Positions 46,790 through 58,122 of a stretch of DNA of 64,000 nt are shown here, one piece after another. The notes below the pieces were generated by a model. The model saw only the letters and a program-made list of their open reading frames with translations, was not told the origin of the DNA and searched no databases. Source of the DNA: Oikopleura dioica (taxonomy: Eukaryota; Animalia; Chordata); NCBI GenBank assembly GCA_907165135.1, contig OU015568.1, forward strand, positions 5,890,001 to 5,954,000. The letters are read 5' to 3'. How positions within the stretch are numbered: position 1 is the first letter of the stretch; every line of letters starts with the position of its first letter. The translations under genes and the position numbers were made by a program.

Positions 46790-49393
46790 TATGGAAAGGA
46801 AACGTGTTGGAATTATCTGCGGCTCAGCGCCCGGATCGCCAAAAAGTGACCGGTCAGATTCTGTTTCAGTAACATGGATCCGGAAGATGCGCTAAGCCAC
46901 CAGGGTTTTGTGCAACTCAATATCACGGTAGTTTCTTTTTTAAAAATAGACTTCGATTTTGGACGGAGCCAAAATGGGGTTCTCGTCATTTTGTTTTCAA
47001 TTTGAATTTGATATTCTTACGTTTTGAAGATGCAGCAAGTTTTCAGAAGACGCTGCCTGTGCCGCGATGGTACAGAGGGAATTGTAGAGATGCGGGTCGG
47101 CGCGGATCGCCGGCGAGCAGTGGATTAATGCGGCCAGCCAATTTGATGTCAGCATCGCTAAAACGACGATTTTTATTTTGAAGATTTGCGGCTTCGAGCA
47201 AATAAGAACGAAAAAGCCGCGCTGTGTGCGGCTTAAGTTATCTTTGACTCGAAAAACCATATCTCAAATTCAAAAAGCCGCGCGCGGCTCATCAGTCCTC
47301 TTATTTAAGCCGCGCGCGGCTTCTTTATTTTGTTATATAATTTTTCGAGCCAAAAAGACCATGAGCCACACAAAGCGCGGCTTTTTCGCTTTTATTTGCT
47401 CAAAGCCGAAAGCGGCTTCTCGAGTTTTAACAATAAAAAACCATGATGTACCTTGATGTTGTGTGGAAGTCGATAAAAGAGCTTGTGGAAGATGTGGAGT
47501 CGTCGGTAAAATTCGCTCGATGCTCAAGTTTTTGGAAAACTTGATCTCCGTCGATTCGGCAGAATCAGACTCGTTGGAGCCTTGTCCGACCGAACCCGTT
47601 CTTTCCAGTCGTTTTTGACTGCCAGTTCCTGCTCTTTCCGGCTCGCTGGTGTAAAAGGTCGGCATGATCAGGCCATGAGCGGGTGTTTTCTGCGCCGTGT
47701 GGATTCTCGATTGTTTTGGAAGAGATTCGGAAGGGTCGAAAGTTTCAGAAAGTCGCTCTCTTTTGTAGACTCGGCGGCGAATCTTGTCTTCGGAGCCTGA
47801 AACCGGAGATTTAAAAACGCCCTGCATTTTCGATTCTACCTTTGTGGACTGCGGGGAGCAGCTCATATACACGGTACGGGTCAGAAATGTCCAGCCGCGA
47901 CAGGTCGGGTAATTCGCGAATGTCAGGCATTTTATTGAGAGCGCAGCGAAGACGAGTTTTCCAAACGATGGGCTCGGGCTTATCGACTCCTGAAATGAGA
48001 AATTATGAAACAGGTCATTTTTGACATGTTTGCAGAAGATATTTATCGAAATATTACAGAAAGAAATTAAAAATTGGGTTCTTTTGAATGATGATTTTTG
48101 ATTGGCTCTTATTGAAAAAACTGGCTTCTGATTCGTCGAAAAGCCCGCTGGACCCAAATCTTGCTTTTTTGTTCTTTTTTGATTGTAAAAAATAAAGGGA
48201 TCCCCATCTCATAGAAAAAAAAAACTTCAGTAAGGTCGCCATTTTAACGGATTTTATGACTGTACCTTCTCTGTACCGCCCCGAATGCTTCGCCCACTCC
48301 ATGAAGATCTTAGAATCTTCGAGGTTGTAATCCTGTCTTCCAGCATGCTTCCACGGCATTCGAAATATCGTCCTATCTTCGTTCAGCCAAGTCAGTCCTG
48401 GAACATCGCCGCTAGAATTTATTTTGTGAAAATCGAGTTAATGAATTTGAAAGCGGAAATATAGCGGATCAAAGCGATCAACCCAAAAGCGAATGTTATT
48501 GAAGTGAAAGGGTAAAAGTATAAATTTTATGGCGGCTGAGAGATCAAAGTTGCGATGAGTACCAAGTCGGCTAAATCTTTCACTTTCAAGCTCAAATTAA
48601 CGAGACCGCAACACTCAGAAAAACTGTCGTTTCAAGCCTTTTCGAGCAAAAACAAACAAATTAAAAAAAAACATAAAAATGAGTTTCACACCTGTCGAAA
48701 TTCTGATAAATTGATCAGATGAAAAGCCGCTTGCGGCTTCAAGAAAAAAGATTAAAGCCGCAGCTAACGCGGCTATTTCAGATAGCCGATTTCTCCTGAT
48801 GCGCGCGGCTTTTCGATCATATCATTGGAAACTTTGCGGCTTTTTGTCGGCTTTTGAGAAAACAGCCGCCTGCGGCTTCAGGCAAGAATTCTCCAAAAAG
48901 CGGCTTTTTCACTTTTTAGAAAAATTTTATGATTGACTTACCCATCGATCATTTTTTCGAGCCAGGTTCTGAGTCTGTCCCTGTATTCGTATTCGTGAGA
49001 TCCAGTTCCCAACGAACCTGTGGATCCAGAAGAGCTACCGGTTGGAGATCGCGGTCCATTTGACTGGAGAATTTGATCTACTGTCTGTTTCTGAATAATT
49101 TTTTATAAAAAAGGAAGAGATTGGCTGATCTGCATTTTGATATTGTAAAAAGCCGCGCGCGGCTTCTTTCCTCAGCTTCAAACCTGCGTGAAAAACCTGA
49201 GTCAGGGTTTTCAAGATCTTTTAGGAAAAGCCGCGTTAAAAGAAGCCGCAAATCAACGCGGCTTTTAATGAAAGATCTCTCAGACCCTGACTCAGGTTTT
49301 CTGCACAGGTTGCCGAGCCCATCTAAAAACTGATAATTACTGTACCTTTACAGGGCCATTGGAAAGCCAAGGTCTTTGAAAATCAAGCGTCAT
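46790..49393 (-). CDS. Interferon regulatory factor, IRF4/8-like DNA-binding domain
   Basis: Spliced DBD reads RLRTWLEKMIDGGDVPGLTWLNEDRTIFRMPWKHAGRQDYN...FMEWAKHSGRYREGVDKPEPIVWKTRLRCALNKMPDIRELPDLSRLDISDPYRVY, with all five Trp present. The 3' end is approximate. Confidence 0.92.
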
Positions 49394-50849
49394 TTGTTAT
49401 TTTTCTAGCGCCGTTTTCTTCTTCGAAGATTGGATTCTGTTTCTGATCTCTATTGAAAAAAAGATTCGAAGCTGTTTTGAAAATTATGAAAGTAAAAAGT
49501 AAAAGTGTTGCTAATTGATAACTTTGGCTAATGTCTTGTAAGGACCCTTCAAGAAAAATGTCTCAAGACGCAAGCGAAAAATAATCTGGCGCTGCGGAGC
49601 ACATCCGCGTAAAAAAAATCGCGCCGCGGAAAAGCGCGTATATTTTTAGCGCTCTTGTTTTTGGACTGCTTCTATTTCGGTGCTTTTTCGTGAACTTGTG
49701 CTGAAAATGAGAAATAAGGGTGTCAACATCGCTTAGAGCAATATCTTTAAGAATACGATGTTGAGACCATTAAGAAATCTATGATTTTTTGGGCTAGGAA
49801 TGATCTGTAGAAAATCTGAGTCAGGGTCAAAATAGCTTAAATAAAAAGCTGCGCAGCGGCTTTTTCTTAAACAAAGCCGCAAAGCGGCTTCGCAAATATT
49901 ACCATTTTAATATTAAAAAAATCCTAGCGGAGCCGCTTCGCGGCTTTGTTTATAAAAAAACCGCTGCGCGGCTTTAACTTTCAGCTCTTTCTGACCCTGA
50001 CTCAGGTTTTCTCCACAAATTGCCCAGCCCAGATTTTTATAAAATGGCCATTTTTTCTTCTAAAGTTTCGAATCTAAAATAAACGAAACAAAAAAAAAAT
50101 CAGCGAAAATAAATATTGCTAATTTTTCAATGTCAAAAATGTCTCCCATTTTAAAGCTTTTAAAATCTGCCGTCTTTTCCGCTCTAAGCCCATAAAGAGC
50201 TCCCATTTGAAGATGAACCTTGTATGGGCTTTGATCGTTATTTGCGCTAATTCGTAATTTGTCGAAAGAAGCTCTTTTTTACGAGGCAATTTGTTGATTT
50301 TTCGAAGTACACTTTTTGGACACGTGCCTTCGACAGACTCAAACTTCAAAGGAGATCTTGGTCCAATTTTTTGAAACTGAAATTTTTCAAAAAAAAATTG
50401 ATTGATTTTTCTAATAATTGGGGCTTCTTATTAAAGAAATATTCTTACCTGTTTTTTTTTCTATTTTTTGCTCACTGTTATTATATAAGTAAGAAGCATG
50501 TTCCAAAATGACTCGAGCTTGTTGACCAGAACGTAAATTCTAGAATATTTTTTCCAAAAAATGGTCTTTTTTAGTTCATTTTCTGTAAACTTTACAGTGT
50601 AAAGTTTGCATTCTGAAAAAAGGATCTAAAAGCTGCGAAAAGTGGAAGGAAATAGCACAATCACGTGACAATCCGACCTTGTCCAAAATTTTTAGAAAAA
50701 ACTTTTCTTTTCGCAATTTTTTTTCAGTTTATCTGAAGGACGGCAATCGCGATTTGCACCTTGTAAAAAATTCTTCTTTGTCTTCTTTCAACAATTTGAA
50801 ACTTTCTTTCGCCCTTCTCAACTTTTTAGACAATAAGAAAATCGTCCTC

Positions 50850-51021
50850 AAGGGCTCGGCAACCTGTGTTGAAATCCTGAGTCAGGGTCTGAAAGAGCTG
50901 AAATGGCAAGCTGCGCAGCGGCTTTTTTGCGACTTTGTTCCTCAAAAAGCCGCGGTGCGGCTTTCCATTTCAGCATTTTCAGACCCTGACTCAGGTTTTC
51001 TACACAGGTTGCCGAGCCCAG
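50850..51021. mobile_element. Representative copy of the dominant CCTGAGTCAGG MITE family (about 23 copies in the window)
   Basis: Ends GGCTCGGCAACCTGTGT-AAA-CCTGAGTCAGGGTCTGAAA and the reverse complement, with an AAGCCGC/GCGGCTT core. Other copies lie near 3880, 14668, 15088, 16650, 17125, 18035, 18810, 20345, 20822, 23075, 24985, 34728, 37335, 37975, 38858, 42655, 45745, 49180, 49800, 51483, 52565 and 62715. No consistent TSD seen. Confidence 0.9.
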
Positions 51022-51344
51022 TCGATAATATTTTCTTCAAAAACGCCTGTCTAAAAATGATCATCATCAGAATTCTCAAAAGCCCCATTATGTTCAAAGA
51101 ACTTCTGAATGTGTATGATTTATGTAAGAGAAAAAAAACGGGGCAACAAGAAAAAGTCCGAAATTATCACAGACTGACCCAGTTACGTGAATATTTTAAC
51201 ACGGCCACATCATCGGAGTAAACTTCTATCTAAGAATAAATTTGCTTCTATTTTTGAACCGTCTATATTTTTCACGACGCGAAATTAAAGATTAGGTAAT
51301 TTCGCTTTGAGCTTTATAAAGGTAACTTTCAGACCGTAATTTTG

Positions 51345-51735
51345 GGTAAAAACAAAATATGGGGGTACCCTTACTGATCCCCATTTTGGTTCATTTGATG
51401 CCTTGTTCACCCTTTTACTTCTTGCATTTGGCCCCTTGTTCATCCTTGGGCCACGTAGCCTTTCTATTCAAGCGACCACGGACTGGGGTCGGCAATGTGT
51501 ACAGAAAACCTGAGTCAGGATTCTGAAAAAGCGTTGAAAAAAGTCGCAACGCATTTTCAGAACCCTGACTTTTGTGCAGGTTGCCGACCCCTGTCCGTGG
51601 TCGCTTGAATAGAAAGGCTACGTGGCCTTAGAATGAACAAGGGGCCAAATGCAGGAAGTAAGAGGATAAACAAGGCTTCATTTGCCTCAAATAAAGGATC
51701 AACCTAAAGGATGCCCGTATTTTAGTTTCTAAGAG
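51345..51735. repeat. Foldback structure: about 140-bp inverted arms around a central CCTGAGTCAGG MITE
   Basis: CCACGTAGCCTTTCTATTCAAGCGACCACGGA left of 51483 is mirrored by TCCGTGGTCGCTTGAATAGAAAGGCTACGTGG right of 51592. Complementarity decays outward. Confidence 0.85.
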
Positions 51736-52698
51736 TTTGCTCGCTCTCTTCCATGATATCAACTAGTGGAAAAAAGCCTAGTTTGCACCCTAGAACAAGT
51801 TAGAGTTCATTTCTCGCGCTTGTTTCGAAATCCGGTGGACAATCGCTTGTCCAGCAATTTCAGCCGGAGAGGAAATTCACCAAAGTGGCTGGAGTAAAAC
51901 TCAAGATCTGATTCCCATTTGGCTCGCGCGCGCCTGAGCCACTCGAATCCGCGCGGCTCAAAATACACTGACCACTCGCTTTTTTTGCGCGTTTCTAATC
52001 AATTCACGGATAATCGCGCATTTGGAACACGTTGAGCTGGATTTCCCTAACGCCGGAACCGCATTTCGCCCGGAAGATCAACCAGCCGGATGGAAGAAAA
52101 AATTCAAAATCATAAATTCATTTTTTGAACCAACCGCGACGAAGTCAAATTTGATTGAACTTGCATTTCAATTTGAGCTCTGGAATTTTAGTAAAAAAAA
52201 CTGAGTCAGGCTCTGAAAATTTTACGAGATTTTTTCCAAAATAATCCAAAACAAGAACTCTTGAATTTCCTCTTCGCTCGCCTGAATGTCTCCAGCTCCA
52301 GTTGGATCAATTAAAAAACGGAAAGAGAAAGAAACCGAGCATGTGTGAAGTGGGCAAGTTTTCTTTCTTTCGCTTTGGCGGCCGGTGACCGACGCGGAAT
52401 ATCATCTCAAAGATGAGCGGAATCGAATTGGCCCTTGCTCAGACGAACTTCCGATCAGAGGCGCCTGGTCGAGAACTTCTAGCGATCTTGTTCATAATAC
52501 AAGAAAGCAAAAAACTCTTTTGATTAAATTTATTCGTAAATCTTTCAATAACAGGGCTGCTAAGTCAGGCTCGGCAATCTGTGTGGAAAACCTTCAGTCA
52601 GGATTTGAAAGAAACCTTAGTAAGAAGCTTTTTCAAATCCTGACTCAGGTTTTTTTACACAGGTTGTCGAGCCCAGTCGTCAGGGAAGGCTTCACTTG

Positions 52699-52887
52699 TT
52701 ACCATCTTTTATCATTTTGATCATGCGCATGGAATGAATTGATGTACCGGGCAATCGGACTTTCCTGGTAGGAAATCATCTTCGAGTAGTCAGGTCGAGT
52801 TGTCTCCGCTCTGAGCCGATCAGCGAGCAGTTTGGCCGGGTCAGAAAAAGCAGAGCCAGTAAGAAAGAGAACAATAAGAAAAATCAT
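52699..52887 (-). CDS. Small secreted protein or peptide precursor (first exon)
   Basis: MIFLIVLFLTGSAFS signal-like N-terminus followed by DPAKLLADRLRAETTRPDYSK...DKR, then a GT donor. The downstream exon is unresolved. Confidence 0.45.
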   Translation of the reverse strand: MIFLIVLFLTGSAFSDPAKLLADRLRAETTRPDYSKMISYQESPIARYINSFHAHDQNDKRW

Positions 52888-53409
52888 TTCCAAGTTATGA
52901 TGAATCTATAGTTGCTTCTTTGAGAGTTGAATTCCAGCTTTTATTGGAATATTTTCGGCCCGTGAAATATGGCTGGGCTTTTCGTTGATTCTGCTTTTCA
53001 TGATTTATTGATAAAAAAGTCTATTTTCTGCATTGTCGTTCTTACTGTACCTGAATACGGTATTCGAAATGAAGACTCGCCGAAAAATAGGTCAAGCCAA
53101 TTAGTAATTTATTAGTCGAAATAGTATATTTCTTATTTTGCTTAACTGTTTTATTAAGGATGGCATTATGGCAATAAAGATGATAATCTTATTCCAAAAA
53201 GTGTTTAATTCCATCTCTAGAAACTGTCCATTCTCGTCGGTCTTCCAGCAAGAAAAAAAGTGTTGTTTTCCAAACCGCGCTCCTCCGGAAGAGCGCCCCG
53301 CCCGGCCAATCACGAACCGCGCACCCTGTCGATGACCTCAACCAAGTAACAATTTTCTCGAACGCCAAAACTTCTCTTTTTCTCAAAACAAAAAATTCAA
53401 GAGCTGAAA

Positions 53410-54348
53410 ATGGAAGAACTGACGAGAGAGAACTCATCGACGAATCTGCTGCCGGAAAATGTGTCGAATATGCTCGAAGGGACGATGAATAAAGCTTCGA
53501 AAACACTTTTTGGAAATGTCGAGACGAAGAAATCTTATCACATCTACGATAACACCCTCAGTTCGCTTCCGGTCAACAAGAGTCAATCTTCGCTCAGCTT
53601 GCAGGTTCGATTCTTATCAATTAAACAAGTTGTTACAGTATCTATAAATAAAACTTTATCTAAATCTATAAAGATCGCTCTTCCCCGATCTTTCTTTTGA
53701 TAAACTAAAATCTTCAGATGATGCTCTACTTCGACGCAATCTTCTTCATCGTCTGGTCCATCGCCAGTATCGTCACCATCATCCGCCGTGGCCAAGGTAA
53801 GAACGTCTTGATTTGCTTCAACAACCCTGACCACATATTCAGGCGAAGGTTACCCTGATGGCTACCTAAACAGCGCTTGGTACGTCATTCTCATCGCCGC
53901 CTGTGCGCTCTTCTTCATCATCAACCCTGCTCGAATCTACCTCGGCTACATGGCGAATGTCACAGAATCCCTTCCTCACATTGCCAGCTTTCTCTTCCTT
54001 TCAATTTTCCCAACAGTCGTCGTGGCACTCATTACTTTCGTTCCAAACTTCTTCCCGAGCTCGATTTGTAAGGTCGGGGATGATGGCTTGATCGATGATT
54101 TGAGATGCAGACCGTGGGGAAATACTGTTGCTCAAGGAATACAGGTAAGAAGGGGCCTTTCCTACACCTCAGAATCGTCCTCTTTTATCATAAACTTCCA
54201 GGTTTCGTTCATCCTCGCCGAAGTAGTCCTCTCCTACCGCGCTGGGCGGCGAATGTCCCAGCATCGCGAAGAGACAGCTGATTTGTACCGCTTCATGGAC
54301 GTTACCAAAATGGATCCTTTACTGCCAGACTCAAAGAAATTCCACTGA
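53410..54348 (+). CDS. TMEM17: TMEM17/TMEM216-family ciliary transition-zone membrane protein
   Basis: SSLSLQMMLYFD, RIYLGYMANVTESLPHIASFLFLS and four hydrophobic segments match the Transmemb_17 pattern. Confidence 0.8.
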
Positions 54349-54429
54349 ATTCTCTTTTTTCTTTATTTTTTTACATCAATTAAAACTTTTCTTTTTTAAA
54401 ATTGGCTTTCAATATCCCCTTTTAGAAAA

Positions 54430-56115
54430 ATGATTAGATCAGGAATCGCCATTATCGGGCGGCGAACAGCTGCTGCTCTCACAGGTAACCCTTAATCCCT
54501 CCCTGAGCGGCTCCATCCGTATTTCTAGAGGCCGACATGGCTGCCTCCGTGAAAAACGCCTCAAACTTCAAATCCCGCCTCGTCGAGCCATCCGACCAGC
54601 GTGATTTCCGACCAATTTACCTCGACGCCGCAGCTACTACTCCTCTTGACCCGCGCGTATTCGACAAGATGCTTCCCTACCTGACGTCTTATTATGGGAA
54701 TCCACACAGTGTCTCGCACGCCTATGGTTGGCAATCTGAAGCAGCTGTTGAGCAAGCTCGAGAACAGGTAAAAGAACGGGTCAATTAACAATCGAAGAAA
54801 TGCCTTCAGATCGCTTCTTTAATCAACGCGGATCCTCGAGAAATCATTTTCACGAGCGGCGCGACCGAGTCGAACAACATCGCGGTCAAAGGCTACTCCC
54901 GTTTCTACAAAAAGAAGATGAACCACATAATCACCTCTCAAATCGAGCACAAATGCGTTCTGGACTCCTGCCGGCAGCTAGAACTCAACGAAGGATTTGA
55001 AATCACCTATTTGAAGCCACAAGAAAACGGGCGAATTAATTTGGAAGAGCTGGAAGCGGCGTTTAGGCCCGACACGGGCTTAGTTTCCATAATGGCGGTT
55101 AATAACGAAATTGGAGTAATGCAGGACGTCGAGGCGATTGGTAAACTGTGCAGAAAGAACAAAATTAGGTTTCATACTGATGCGGCGCAAGCGATTGGCA
55201 AGACTCCTATCGATGTCAAGGTGAGAGTACCCTTCAATGAAGCGTCCCTTCATAATTTTGGGTGATTGGGAATATAACAAACCCCCTGTTTCGAAGAAGG
55301 ACCCTTATCCATCCCCCCATCATATTTGTACCTAACAAACTTCTTTCAGAAAATGAACATTGATTTAATGTCCCTTTCGGGTCATAAAATCTACGGACCC
55401 AAAGGAATCGGCGCTTTGTATGTCTCTAGAAAGCCTCGCGTTCGACTTGATCCAATCATCAGCGGTGGTGGTACGTATTTATCAGCTCTTTTTGACTATT
55501 AACCGTTTATTCTAGGTCAGGAGCGAGGGCTGAGATCAGGAACTCTTCCTCACAATCTCGCGATCGGCCTCGGAGAAGCTTGCCGAATCGCTCAACAAGA
55601 AATGGCAGCAGATGCCGAGCACTGTCGAAAGCTAAACGAGCGATTCCGGGAACGAATCAGCTCCCTCTCTCACGTCACATTCAACGGCGATGAAGAAGGA
55701 GGAATGAGCAACATTCTCAATCTCTCTTTCGCGGCGGTCGAGGGCGAGTCGCTTTTGATGTCCATGTCTGGCGTCGCTCTTTCGTCAGGATCTGCGTGTA
55801 CTTCTGCTTCTTTGGAACCTTCCTATGTTCTCAGAGGTGAAAAAAACTACTTCCTCCATTTCAGAAACGCGGCTTTTTGATTCCCAATCAAAGATCCTTT
55901 TAAAGACATAATTTTAAGCCATTGGAAGTGATGTCGATCTAGCGCACAGTTCAATCCGCTTCGGACTCGGCCGATTCACCACTGAAGAAGAAGTCGACTA
56001 CACCGCGGACAAACTTGTAGAGCACGTGAACAGACTGCGCGATCTTTCGCCCCTCTGGGACATGTTACAGGAGGGCATCGATTTGAAGTCGATCCAGTGG
56101 GGATCCCACCACTAG
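54430..56115 (+). CDS. NFS1: Mitochondrial cysteine desulfurase
   Basis: [53 protein letters not shown] (PLP Lys), [17 protein letters not shown]. Confidence 0.97.
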
Positions 56116-56316
56116 TCAAGCCGTAGTTCCTTCTTCAGTTCCTCCTCCCTGCTTTTTGACGCTTTTCTTCTTAACCTACGCACCTTTTCTAGGAGCCCCT
56201 TTTCCTGATCATCCATTCAAACTTTAATTATCATAAAAAAACTCACATGCTAGATTCAGATTAGCAAATCCTAATCTTTCACCTCTTCATTCTCCTTCCT
56301 TTTCAGATTTATAAGA

Positions 56317-57976
56317 ATGTACGGACTTCGCCAAACCGGCCGAACCCTCCAGCTGATCAATTTGACCACACAGCGATCGTTGAGCTTCACTTGTTCGCTC
56401 AACAAGGAGACCTTCGTCCGGGACAAGCCCCATGTTAACATCGGAACCGTCGGACACGTTGATCACGGAAAGACTACTCTCACTGCCGCCATTACTAAAG
56501 CGATGGCTGAAGCGTTTCCCGAAATCAACTCTTTCAAAGATTACAAAGGTACTTCTTCACTAGAAGTTCGACCCTAACCATCAATTCTAGCTATCGACAA
56601 TGCCCCTGAAGAACAGAAGCGAGGCATCACTATCAACGCGTCCCACGTCGAGTACTCCACCACCAATCGTCATTACAGCCACGTTGATTGCCCTGGCCAC
56701 GCTGATTACATTAAAAACATGATTTCCGGCACTTCAACTATGGATGGCGGTATTTTGGTTATTTCAGCTGCTGATGGTGTTATGCCACAGACACGAGAAC
56801 ATATTGTTTTGGCCAAACAAATTGGAGTTAAACATTTAGTAGGTACGCTCCTTATTCTGGGTCACTTATCGAAAGCTTCAACTGAATGTATTCTTTAGTT
56901 TTTATCAACAAATGTGATACCGTGGACGAAGAAATGATTGAACTTGTCGAAATGGAAATCAGAGAAGAATTAACTGCCTGTGGCTTTGACGGTGATAATG
57001 CTTCAGTTATTCCAGGCTCGGCCCTTTGTGAAATCGAAAATAAACAGCCTGAACTTGGACGGGAAGCTATTCTTAAACTCATGGAAGGTAAAACTCTCTC
57101 CCCTCTTGCTCCTTCTTAATCCCTCTTCTTAGCCGTTGACAACGACATTCCAGTGCCAGAGCGAAACTTGGACGAGCCACTTTTGATGCCAATCGAGAAT
57201 CTTTACAAAATCCCTGGCCGAGGAACCGTCATCACTGGCAACGTCGAGCGCGGTGTTGCCAACAAGGGCGACAAGGTAAGACAACAGCGCGTGAACAAGG
57301 GTTGAGGATCTTTTAAGGTCGAAATTATTGGTTATGGCAAGCACTTCAAGGCTCAGATCAACGGAATGGAAACTTATTTGAAGACTTTGGACCGATTGGA
57401 GCCCGGAGATAACGCTGGTGTTCTCGTCAAAGGTATTCCTTCGTCTTTTAGCAAAACTATAACCTTCTTCGATAGGTGTGAACCGAGAGCAGCTGAGAAG
57501 AGGAATGGCGATCGTCTCCCCTGGCTCAGTCAAACCAGCGTTGAAAGTTGAAGCGAACATTTACATTCTCACCGATGAGGTATCCTTTCACCCCTTTTCG
57601 ACCGTCCTTGTTAACCCCCTTTTCTCAGGAAGGAGGCACTGGAAAGCCACTGAAACACATGGGCCAGAACATGATCTTCTGCCGAACCTTTGACTGCATG
57701 GCGGCGACGATGTACAAGGACGAAAAGGACCGAATCCTCCCCGGCGAGAACGGACTCATGAACTTTGTTTTCCGAGTCCCAATGGTTATTGAAGAAGGAG
57801 ACCGGTAAGAGTCACCAATTACTCACCCTTGGGTATTCTTTTTTGTTAGATTTACTGTTCGATCTGGAAAGACAACCGTTGGAACCGGAATCGTAACGAA
57901 GGTTTACGACGAATTGACCGAAAAGCAAGTCGCTGAATGGTTCGACACGAAAGCTAGTATGAAGAAGCCACTCTAA
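56317..57976 (+). CDS. TUFM: Mitochondrial elongation factor Tu, divergent in domains 2 and 3
   Basis: Transit-like N-terminus, [44 protein letters not shown]. Confidence 0.95.
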
Positions 57977-58122
57977 GTATTTAGCGCTTTTTGTTACTGT
58001 TACTGCGCTGTTACTTTTGATCTGGCATTTGAAATGTTTCCAAAATTAAGTTATTAAAATATAATTTCAAAAACAAGCAATACAACTGTGTGTATTTACA
58101 AGAGCGTTTATTCAAAAAGTAC

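Larger units (their letters stand above)
53410..57976 (+). other. Probable trans-spliced operon TMEM17-NFS1-TUFM
   Basis: Co-oriented genes with gaps of about 80 and 200 bp. An AATAAA-like signal (ATTAAA) lies upstream, and a pyrimidine-AG acceptor sits just before each downstream ATG (TTTTAG-AAAAATG, TTTTCAG-ATTTATAAGAATG). Confidence 0.55.

Noticed and set aside
50679-51221. 180-aa ORF as a transposase (also 47333-48157 5' part and 39333-39746)
   Set aside because: They read through MITE palindromes or introns, with no DDE, zinc-finger or RT motifs. No autonomous element was found in the window.
54430-57976. Bacterial origin (iscS, tuf) or contamination
   Set aside because: Both genes have spliceosomal introns and mitochondrial transit-like N-termini.
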